This document shows positions 11,770 to 23,700 of a stretch of 64,000 nucleotides of DNA, in pieces (the first letter of the stretch is position 1; the number at the start of each line of letters is the position of its first letter). The position numbers and the translations under genes were made by a program. The DNA comes from Phoronis australis (lineage: Eukaryota; Animalia; Phoronida): the NCBI GenBank assembly GCA_002633005.1, contig NMRA01000010.1, positions 551,252 to 615,251 of the forward strand, given 5' to 3'. Below the pieces are notes generated by a model. That model was not told the DNA's origin, did not search any database, and saw nothing but the letters and a program-made list of their open reading frames with translations.

Positions 11770-14700
11770 GTAATTTTTATTCAATCTTAACCCTTTGTAT
11801 GTCATATTTCAGTTGCAGGGATCGTGTCGTTGGTGAAGGAGTGAGTTGAGGTCATGAGATGGAAAAGTGAATGGCATTTGGCTTTGTGAACATTGTTGCT
11901 TTTGTCGAATTTTAGGGTGGCAAAGGAGGCATTTGCCTCCGTCCACCCCCTTTCTAACAGGCTCCTCCATCTGAGAGAATATAAATATGAAAGAGCATGA
12001 TTTCAAAAAAAGAAGAAAAAAAGAAAATAAACATTTTAAGTGCTCATCAGTTTTGACAGGATATATGAGTGTGGTGTCCTCAGTGAGAAGACAGTAGGGC
12101 AATAGTTCTCACATTTCTGCTGTTATACACTATTCAAGCAACTCCGGAATTGGGGGTCAATAATGAAATTTACAGTGTCACCATGCAAGTTCGTTTTAGC
12201 AATTTAATATTCAAATATTGATTTTGTAGAAAATTCTGTTCTCAAAAAATATCCATCATATTTTGATTGATGTCTACAAAAAATTCCATAATTCTCAAGC
12301 TGTGTATAGCGACAAACGTGAATCATTTCTCACAAGCACATGTCAGTTTATATAAGTCCTTGAATTAAAAGGCAGTTTTTGAGTGACTGGAATTTTACGT
12401 CTTGTGAAACCCATCTCACTCCGACAGGTGAAAAATGAGACTACATGGCTGCTATGGAAAACAGACATGTGACCCCGGCCTCGTTACAGCCTCTAGGACA
12501 CAGTCACCTTCGTGTTAACCGAAAGTCAAGTTCCCGACTGTAGTTGACTTCTTTTATTGTAAAGCCCTACAAGTTTTATTGTGAGATTGGAACAGTAACA
12601 ATGTAGAAAAGCAATTAACACTCAAGGTCATCTTGTAGTGATCTCTATCTTGAGAACATGAACTTGAGCAGAAAGTCGCAAGCTGTAATAAAAAAATTGT
12701 GAATAATTAGTCGTCCCAGTTAGTCACGGAGGGACCATCGAGTTTTTCAATAGGTTTACGACTAGGGGGGTCAGGAATGGATGTTTACTGACCCCCCTAG
12801 TCGTAAATCTACTGAATAACTCTATGGTCCCTCCGTTACCATCCCATACATAAGAGGAATATCTGAACGCCTACAACACAACTGCAGAACCCATGGTATT
12901 TCCTGTTACATGAAACCTATCAACACCCTCCGTTCCCTACTAGTCAGACCCAACCCCGATGACTAAACAATGTGGGTCATATACCAGCTGGAATGTGACC
13001 AGGATCCCAACCACACCTACATTGGAGAAACTAAGAGACCGTTCTTTACCAGATTCAAAGAACATCTGAAACTAGACAGACCAACATCCATGGGAGAACA
13101 TATTTTGGCGACTGGGCACACCATCTCTCTTGCGTCATCCAGGATCCTAGCCAAGGAACAAAATTTGTATACTCGTAAGCTCAAAGAGGCCATAAACATC
13201 AACAGTCAGCGCCCCCTCTTGAACTGAGACAGAGGACTCCACCTACCCCCCGTGTCCTCCAGCATTCTTAATGAGCGTAAGGCGGGAAATCCCTCAAAGA
13301 CCTGGCGCACCAGGTCCAAATGTCTGTCAACAACCAACCACGTCTCTAAGTAAGTGAACATTTTATGTACAATGCCTCTAGAGACCAATGACGAACCTAT
13401 TCTGTTTATTTTTAGCTGAGTATGGCAAGGACTACGTTGGCAAGGTGGAAGAATATTTCACAGAGAGACTTCTTACACAGGAAACCTTGTCACGGGTATG
13501 TTTATCGTCTTAATGTAAATGCTGCGATTAAGTGATTGAAGCACCATCTACTTTGAGATTGTGCATACTTTTGAGAACCCAAATTACTGCAACTTCAAAC
13601 TAAGATAAAACAAATTTGATACAATTTTATTTGCAATTTTTGACATGTCAAAACATACTAAAATACCATTTATGAACTCTTATGTGGACATAGCGTAGGC
13701 CTTGTCACCCAATGTTAAGCTCAGGCTGCTGATGGGAGGGGCAGACCTAAACATTGCTGTAGTACAGCTAAAGTTAAAGTCTAATACTGGAATAAAAACT
13801 AACATTAGTTGTGAGGCTGCGATTTACGTATACGATCTCACTTTAGTTCCATTTATCTCTTAGGTGTAACATGGTAGAGTATGTTATGAAAAACTGCAGA
13901 TAAAATATGTGTTGCTGTAAACACTTCAACTGTACCATGATGATTGTACACAGTAGATGTTTGAAATAGAAGGTGGGATCTCCAAATTAATCTCCTCAAA
14001 AATAATGAAAAACAATTGGTGGAATGCATAGGATTTGGGTTTCTCTTGATAGAAACTTTCTGAAAATTGTTTAAGTTTTAGAAAATTAATTTGTAAGTAT
14101 TTTTTTAAATCCTATGTGTCGTCAAATTGGTTTCACACTTGACTTCTTATTTTACGTTTTAAGTAGTAATCCTATATTGTTCCAAATCATCAACATCTAT
14201 TTACAGGTTCCTTCCTTGAATGACACGGCCCTTCACAATATCAAGGCCAACTCACTGGTCAAGTTCCGCTGCATGATACAGGACATGTTTGACCCAGAGT
14301 TCTACATGGGTGTGTACGAGGTTCACGACACCAACCCTGGAGTGACATGTCTCAAATCTGGCCGCTACAAAGACATTGCTGAATGTCTGGTAAGTTGATT
14401 TTTGTGGATTATGCTAGGGAAATTTTCATGTATTTTGAAATGACTTTGGTTCATTTTTCATTTGCACTAGATATAATAGTTTATGAACAGAGTCTCCAAT
14501 TGAATGCTCCCTTCTAGACTTGTTTCTAAATTACCCAACACTCGCGCGTTTTTCAATTAGGGCACTAGATTGTTGCAGAACTTGCCGATATTGTGTGTAG
14601 CCGTTTGAGTGTTTATTGGTATTCAAGTGACTGATTAGCCCAAGAGGCTGGGGATGTGTTGTGTGAAAAGTTCATTATTTTGTTTTTGTATTGTATTCTG

Positions 14701-17700
14701 CGATGCATCCTTGTCGCTGTAATAAATAATAAATACAAATATTTAACCTTGTTATGATTATTTTGCAAAATATATTCTGTTATATGCTGCGTTGTACAGT
14801 CAGTGCTCTGCTATAGATATGAATGCATAGCTCAGTTAAAACAGTTCTCGCCATGTCATACAGTCAATCCTGTGGTGCCACATGGGTGGTCCTTCACACT
14901 GACGTTGCATAACCAGCTCCAAGTTTTAGGCATACTTTGTAAGGATTTTTTGAAATCTGTTACAAGCTTTCAGGAGTCGATGAGGGCTAAAGATCATTGT
15001 TTTATTCACAGATTGAGTTATCTTATTGTACTTAATATCAGTTGGGAAAAAGAGAGTTTGGCATCTTTTCAATATCAAGCAGACATTGTGATCGCACGTG
15101 CTCTTTGTGTGAGAGCACCCATAGTGACGTAGGTCTGTCTTAACTCGTTATGAATACTGATAGTTATTTGTTCTAAATCTTATGTATTAGCGTTAGTGTA
15201 GGAAACTTTCTGTGTTATATTTTGCCAGGTTTTGAGTTTTCGTTTCTGAGCTCTGCATTTTGCACTGGTTTGTAGTTATTGGAACAGTTGTTATTGAACA
15301 TAGTTGTTATAATTGTTATTATTATTGTTATTATCATTACAGGAGCACCAAGAGATCCTGTTGGAGTCTTCCAACAACGTGACATGCGACCGTCAGACTT
15401 TCTATTGTGTTCCTATTCCTGGCGAAACTAGCTGGGTAAAGGAAGTATCCTTGTTTTAAACAACAGATGGCGTGTGAAGATCTAGCTAAGTTCATATTTA
15501 GCCATCTTTGTCATTCTAGGATTTTGTTATCAAGTTTGTTTGTGGCTGTGTATCACTGTGTGTTAACATTTACATGTGTGACCGACCTGTGTCTTCTTGA
15601 GATATGCCTCATCCTTGCCCTAGATCTACCCATGAGCCAATGGAATAAAGTGTCTTAAATCTCAAACATAACCTTTTCTCCAAAGAATCTTAGAAAATAT
15701 TTTTTGCCGTTACCTCCCGTTCAGTAGATCACTTTGTGTTTGGGCTCGTACCCTACATATTGCTATTGGACTGATAGCCACTTGATTGCTTTTGACTCAT
15801 AAAGTGACAACCTATAAATTTCAACTTGCTGTGTGCAGACTTCAGCAGTCACCTCTTCCCAAACCAATAGGTGGCGTATGACTTGGTTGAAACCCTGGGG
15901 GTCTTCATGTAGAAGTGCGATTAATGAACTAGGTGAATAGCTGTAATTCAACACATTCTATTGTTGCCTTAACCCTGTGCAGGCTTATTCATTTAATAAT
16001 CGCTACAAGGCTGCTCCCTCCATGTCATGCAAGCCGTCCCGCTCCAAGCGTAGCCGTGACGATGACGATGATGATGATGTCATGGATACTGAGTCTGGTA
16101 TCCAGGGAGGTGATGGAGAAAACAAAAGGGTTCGACGAGAACACAGCACAGGTTGGTCTATTATGGAACACAGTTATTATTGCTGTGAGACTAAACGAAA
16201 ACATGAATAATTCTAAAACATTCCATTTGCTTCCCTAATTTAGGATTATAGTGTCTGTCTTAAACAAGTTAATGCCACATGACAAACTTTGTTTACCGAA
16301 AAACAATGATGTTTTGGAATTAACTTATAAGTCTATATGCTGGCGGAAATATGACTTTATGTCTTAATAGTTCCAGTTTTGGATATTTTTAATCGCATGT
16401 GCTTGTTGTTCACTCCTTGCTTTGATTGTTATTGAGAAGAACTGACATTCCATAATTGCCTGATACTTGGGTAAATGAGAAACTGGATGAAGTGGGTCTT
16501 AAATTGACTGACAACGATATTTCTGTGTTAATTCATTCATTTGTATTTTTTTGTTCTATTGCACTTTGAAGCTAGGTCACTTTGTAGTGTGTTGTGACAC
16601 CAGTGTTTTATTTGCAGAGGCCGGCAGCAGTGCCCCCCCGGATCTAAACTTCCCCCTACCCGGAGAACAGGGACCAGCTTGTCTGGTTAAGGTAAATAGT
16701 CTATTGGAAGTATGTGTAACCATTTACTTTACAACGTGAAGGGTCAGTTTGATGCAGAAAATCCAATCAGTGAACAAGACCCTTAGATTGAATGTGGACA
16801 TTCTGAAACAACAAGCTTTCTTGTATTTAAAATTACCATGCACATCGTCATCATAATCAAAAAGCTTGAAGAAATCCTTTTACATTGCAACTGCCACCAT
16901 GAAACGCATCCAAAATATATTTGAGACCAAGCCTTCCATTATGGTCGTAGGTTATCCGAGATTCAAATGTATGGTGAATTTAATGTTTTGACTCAGACAT
17001 GTTAGTAGCCACGCATAGGACCTTGAATTCTTGGTATTATAAGGTTTTTTGATTGTTTTATATTGAGGTGACCCCTGAAGCATTTTAGCTGGGGTGTTAT
17101 CATGACTTTAAGTATTTTTTTAAATATGCAAATTTAGGCTACCATTATGCAAAATTCTGTTTGTTCTTATAACTTCCTCACGAAAGGTATTTTGATGTTT
17201 TTGCCTGTTTTCAAGGTCAATGAATTCATTGAAACTAGTTTACAGGTAAATAAATCATGAATTTGCATAAGTTATGCAAATTATGACCTCCATTATTCAA
17301 AAGCCTACTTGAGCTTATATCTAGGATAAAAAGCATAGAGAATCCTACACTCGTCTCAAATTTATGACATGGGCAAAACCTCCTGGAAATTTTGTCAAAT
17401 TCCAGAGGCTTTTGTTTTCTCACATCAACTGTAAAAACGATCTTTTTTTGCCGAAAAACTTGACGTGTCTAAAACTTAGTTAGAATTTGATAAATAGTCT
17501 TTAAAGTTGTAATATTAAAACTTAACAAATGTTTATAAATAATGGTCAGCAGGGCTGCCCTGCACGTGAGCACTGAATTGACCTTGACTGAGACAAAACA
17601 TAACAAATGTTTATAAATAATGGTCAGCAGGGCTGCCCTGCACGTGAGCACTGAATTGTCCTTGACTGAGACAACACAGCTAGACAGTCTCAGCACGTTT

Positions 17701-20700
17701 CTTGAGTTGAGATTCATCTCCGTTTGAATGAAGATGGGTCCGTTTAAGAAGTTGTTTGCATATCCTTCCGACCGGGAGTACGCACAGTTGCGACTCCCGA
17801 TTTGTCAATCATAACCTTGTCAACTTCACGGAATTTCGGCATTGTTTGGTTGGCGCGCGTTTGGTTGTTGGTATTAGTGTTTTGCAGACGATAGTAAAGC
17901 GTATGGATTTCTACTTTGCACTACGTTACGATTTGCCCATGTAATATCAAGAAAATTACTTGCTCGGTGTCATTAACCAGTCGTGTAGTAACACATTACA
18001 GGTCATGTGAGAAATTAATATTTTCTCCCATGTTTCTATGATCAATTAATTAAATGAAATCAGTGTGCAAATAATGGCCACCATTATTCAAATTCTGTTT
18101 CTCTTCATCGTTGCCTTACATGCCATTATGTAAATCACCCTGACATTTGCGTGGTCAATGAATTTAATGAAATCAGTTTGCTGGTCATTACATCATAAAG
18201 TTGCATAACTTATAACTTATACAAATTTGGTTGACTTTAGTCATTTTGATTGTTCCCCTATCAGATACAATTAATGCAGGTACAAATTATGCAATGTAAG
18301 TCAAACAATTACAATTAATTGCAGTTTCCATGATTCGTGCGATTCATTCTAGTTTTTTCACAGGGCAGTGTTCAGCTAATTAGTTAGTGTCACGTCACTC
18401 AGGGGTAGAAACACCGTCTCTGTAATCGCCAAGTTACGGGGACCAGATTTCAAAGTCATGCTTTTATATTCTAGCTGCAAACTAGATGTATGGTTGTGGA
18501 ATCTAGTAGTGTTTGAACATTAGTTTTGGTCATCATGTGTGGAGCCTTTTCGGTGCGTGTGTGGAGTTCAGGGCTGAAAAACTGCATATTTGTACTGCGG
18601 GTTTGGTAGCTCAGGCCTTTATCCAGGATTTCGAAAATAGGGTGTCCAAAATGGGGTTCCCAATATTCTAGGGCGTCCATGATTCCAACGCATAACCCCC
18701 CCACCTTCAGCAATCCCCCCAAACACAAGTTTACAGCCTTCTGTAGTGAGCATTTTTACTAAAGAAAACTGTAGACCAAGACTTTCCAATGCTATCAACC
18801 AAGTGTGAGCATAGCAACATTGTGTATACTTTGTATGTACATTGTATATGTCTCCCTGCTTTGATAAAAGAGCCCCCCACTGTGAGCCTTCAGAGGCTTC
18901 CTAGTAATCATTACAATCTGTGTGTCCGAACTTGAAAGGTTCCTATTGATAGTGGGGTCCAAATGATACATTGGGGTCCTTGCCAGGGTGTCCGTATTAG
19001 TGCTAGGGCATCCATATTAGTGCTAGGGCGTCCATATTAGTGCTAGGGCATCCATATTAGTGCTAGGGCGTCCATATTAGTGCTAGGGCATCCATATTAG
19101 TGCTAGGGCGTCCATATTAGTGCTAGGGNNNNNNNNNNNNNNNNNNNNNNNNNNCCCCCACCCCCAGCAATCCCCCCAAACACAGATTTTTAAAAAAAAA
19201 GCATATTCCAAGGTTTTTACATCTAAGTTTACAGCCTTCTGTAGTGAGCATTTTTAGGAAAGACAACTGTAGACCAAGACTTTCCAATGCTATCAACCAA
19301 GTGTGAGCATAGCAACATTGTGTATACTTTGTATATACATTGTATATACATTGTATATGTCTCCCTGCTTTGAAAAAAGAGCCTCCCACTGCGAGCCTTC
19401 AGAGGCTTCCTAGTAATCATTACAATGTGCAGTCCAAACTTGAAAGGTTCCTATTGATAGTGGGCTTCCAAATGATACATTGGGCGTCCTTGCCAGGGGG
19501 TCAGTATTAGTGCCAGGGGGTCCATATTAGTGCTAGGGCATCCATATTAGTGCTAGGGGGTCCATATTAGTGCTAGGGCATCCATATTAGTGCTAGGGCG
19601 TCCATATTAGTGTAGGGCGTCCATATTAGTGTAGGGCGTCCATATTAGTGCTAGGGCGTCCAAGATGTATTCTGCATAAAGGCCTGTCATAGCTGGATTC
19701 TGGAGGTGCTGTCGTTACGTAAACAGCAAAATCATTTCACTATCCTCTCCTTCAGGTTTATGATCGTACAGACAAGTTTAAGTTGAATGATGTGGTGGAG
19801 TTTGTTGGAGTTCTGTCAGTTGACCCTGCTCTAGCCATCAATCACAGTGCAAATGGGTGAGTTAGGCTTTTTCAATAACGTCATTTGTTGAAACCGCATG
19901 TCATTTTTAGCTTGACATATAAATCTATCTTTAAGTTTTAATCAGTGTAATTAATGCAATATCTAGTGATGAAAATCTAGCAATTTTTATTTTCGACGAA
20001 TTATTGATTATAATGCATAATGGGGATTTTTAAGGCAACTGCCTGCATTTGCTACCATGGCAGAAAAATTTTGTGCGTCTTTTAAAGACTCTGATTGTCA
20101 ACCCAAAGCCATATACTCAACAAAGAAATGTTTTATGTACACATTAAGTTCAAACAAGTGGTAAGTCATTTATATGATTGAAAACTAGCGTTTATGATAT
20201 TTTAGTGGTTAGAGTGGATAATAAAACTTTAAACTGTGCTCACAGCAAAAATCAAAGGAATCGCTGAGCGTCTTTCGACAGCGACCGCCATCTCATTCAC
20301 TCTGAGAATGTTCCGTCTCTACACCTAGTGGACATTCTTGGAGTGAACAAGGTGGTGGATTGCTGTTGAAAGTCTGTGAGTGCGGTTTATATATTTTTAT
20401 TATGTCTCAACTGCAGCCAATTAGCTTTCATCAATGTTCAGAGTTGATATTTAAGGAATTATCGTGGCTAATAAATGCAACTAATGCAAATAAACTTATA
20501 GATATTTGTTTCCTTGACTTTTCAGCGATGAACAGTCGTCATTTCTTGACCCGTCTGAGGCTATGGTCGACGCAGTTGAACACAGCGTACATCACCCCCC
20601 GCCATCTTTGGTTCCACGTCTGCATGTTATTCTCGCTAAAAAACTACATCATAATAATCCATTGTTGCCTGTCGATGTCAATGAGGACAGTTGCAAAACA

Positions 20701-23700
20701 GGTTAATGTCAATACGTGGGTGTCTAAAGATGGAGGCTTGGTGAAGTCCTACTCAGCACCATCTTTGAAAACCAGTGTTCATGTTCTGGGATTGAACCCT
20801 GAGTGTTGGTTCTTTATTAATGCAAGTCAGAGCTGATCTTTATCAGGTGTGATAACACCTTGGACCAATAGCTGACTTTCAAAATAGCTGTGCCATGTTG
20901 AAATTTACTAATCCACCAGATGGCGATCAGGTCTTTTCGTGGACAGGTGTACAGCGCCACCTACAGATACCGTGTAATGCAGACAGCGTTTTAACACCTT
21001 TCCTGCTATTAAAATGTCACTGCTGTGCGGTGGAATGTATAATGCCTTACAAAAATGGAAAACCTTTTGAAATATCAATGGATGAACAGAGACATCATGT
21101 TCCATAAGTTTTATTCTGTGAAGACGTATCAGACGACAAAGTCAGTGGCTGCGGCTGATGAAGCATGAGAATTTCGATTCCAGCTGGTGTCAAAAAGTTT
21201 AAATATTGAACTAAAACTAATCAAACAATGGAAGGGGCTGACAGTGGAATTTATTCTTGGGTTTATAGATTAATGAACTGTTGTGTAGTAATTGAATTTC
21301 TGTCCACTTTCATGCTCTCAGTACTCTAGAGAGCACCAATATGAAAAATCCCCTATTGGAGTTCAATTAATGCTTCAAGGAAAAAAATTACCACTGCTAA
21401 CTTGATTTATTCTATTTTGAAGATTGACCACTACAATTGTATGAATGGTTTTGGCCATTAAACTTGCATGTGGTGGCCATGTTGTTGTCAGTGAATGAAC
21501 AGAATACACAAAGGCTTTGAAAGTATGGAAATTTCAAGAATTACAATTGAATGTCACTGATTTTGAAAAAAATATTGGAATTACCCTTTTTCACCGTTCA
21601 AGGTCATCTGACATTGTTCGGAAAGTTATTGTCTATACAAACTTGGGGTATGGTAAAGGGTTGGTTTAGTAATACAAAGTAACACGTTTCTCATATTATG
21701 TCCTAAATTTGTGGGATTTTGTCATACTGCACCTTCAAACGTTTGACTGCNATAATGCATAATGGGGATTTTTAAGGCAACTGCCTGCATTTGCTACCAT
21801 GGCAGAAAATTTTTGTGCGTCTTTTAAAGACTCTGATTGTCAACCTAAAGCCATGTATTTTAAAATACTCGACCTAAGAAATGTTTTATGTTCACATTAA
21901 GTTCAAACAAATGGTAAGTCATTTATATGATTGAAAACTAGTGTTTATGATACTGAATTAATGGTCTGAGTGGATAATAAAACTTTAAACTGTGCTCACA
22001 GCAAAAATCAAAGGAATCGCTGAGCGTCTTTCGACAGCGACCGCCATCTCGTTCACTTTGAGAATGTTCACTAGGTGTCGTGGGACCTGGATTGAAGCGT
22101 CTGCTCTTCACAATATGGTAAGTTCGTCTCTACACCTAGTGGACATTCTTGGAGTGAACAAGGTGGTGGATTGCTGTTGAAAGTGTGTGAGTGCGGTTTA
22201 TATATTTTCATTATGTCTCAACTGCAGCCAATTAGCTTTCATCATTGTTCAGAGTTGATGTTTAATGAATTATTGTGGGTAATAAATGCAACTAATGCAA
22301 ATAAACTTGTAGATATTTGTTTCCTTGACTTTTCAGCGATGAACAGTCGTCATTTCTTGACCCGTCTGAGGCTATGGTCGACGCAGTTGAACACAGCGTA
22401 CATCACCCCCCGCCATCTTTGGTTCCACGTCTGCATGTTATTCTCGCTAAAAAACTACATCATAATAATCCGTTGTTGCCTGCCGATGTCAATGAGGACA
22501 GTTGCAAAACAGGTGAATGTCAAAACGTGGGTGTCTAAAGATGGAGGCTTGGTGAAGTCCTACTCAGCACCATCTTTGAAAACCAGTGTTCATGTTCTGG
22601 GATCGAACCCTGAGTGTTGGTTCTTTATTAATGCGAGTCAGAGCTGATCTTTATCATGTGTGATAACACCTTGGACCAATAGCTGACTTTCGAAATAGCC
22701 GTGCCATGTTGAAATTTACTAATCCACCAGATGGCGATCAGGTCTTTTCGTGGACAGGCGTACAGCGCCACCTACAGATCCCGTGTACTGCAGGCAGTGT
22801 TTTAACACCTTTCCTGCTATTAAAATGTTACTGCTGTGCGGTGGAATGTATAATGCCTTACAAAAATGGAAAACCTTTTGAAATATCAATGGATGAACAG
22901 AGACATCATGTTCCATACGTTTTATACTGTGAAGACGTATCCGACGACAAAGGCAGTGGCTGCGGCTGATGAAGCATGAGAATTTCGATTCCAGCCGGTG
23001 TCAAAAAGTTTAAATATTGAACTAAAATTAATCAAACAATGGAAGGGGCTGATAGTGGAATTTATTCTTCGGCTTATAGATTAATGAAGTGTTATGTAGT
23101 AATTGAATTTCTGTCCACTTTCATGCTCTCAGTACTCTAGAGAGCACCAATGTGAAAAATCCCCTTCTGGAGTTCAATTAATGCTTCGAGGGAAAAAATT
23201 ACCACCACTAACTTGATTTATTCTATTTTGAAGATTGACCACTACAATTGTATGAATGGTTTTGGCCATTAAACTTGCATGTGGTGGCCATGTTGTTATC
23301 AGTGAATGAACAGAATACACAAAGGCTTTAAAACTATGAAAATTTCAACAATTACAATTGAATGTCACTGATTTTGAAAAAATCTTGGAATTACCCTTTT
23401 TCACCGTTCAAGGTCATCTGACATTGTTCGGAAAGTTATTGTCAGTACAAAACTTGGGGTATGGTAAAGGGTTGGTTTAGTAATATAAATCTGTTATGAA
23501 AAATTGCAAAAATTTTTCACGTCTCTCATGTTATGTCCTAAATTTGTGAGATTTTGTCACACTGCACCTTCAAACGTTTGACTGCTCTTGTGGCTTACGC
23601 TAAATCTATTGATTTCAGAAACAGAAGCACTTCTAAAAGAAGCATCCACATTGCGACAACACTTGATGTTTGTCTTGGAGTCTGCCTTATTTGGGGACAG

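Larger units (their letters stand above)
20010..23585. repeat. Tandem ~1.75-kb duplication (20010-21750 and 21752-23585) containing MCMBP exon 8
   Basis: Near-identical copies abut at a single N (21751); duplicated ORF pairs appear in the ORF track. Confidence 0.92.

Noticed and set aside
12970-13227. Functional stand-alone GIY-YIG nuclease gene
   Set aside because: Flanked by in-frame stops within a longer decayed Penelope ORF; it is a transposon fossil.
18985-19660. CRISPR-like repeat arrays (also 24361-24540 and 27372-27962)
   Set aside because: Units are head-to-tail with no unique spacers, there are no cas genes, and the context is eukaryotic intron.
20360-22647. Two 158-aa ORFs as a duplicated gene pair
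   Set aside because: Off-frame readings across the duplicated MCMBP exon 8 region.
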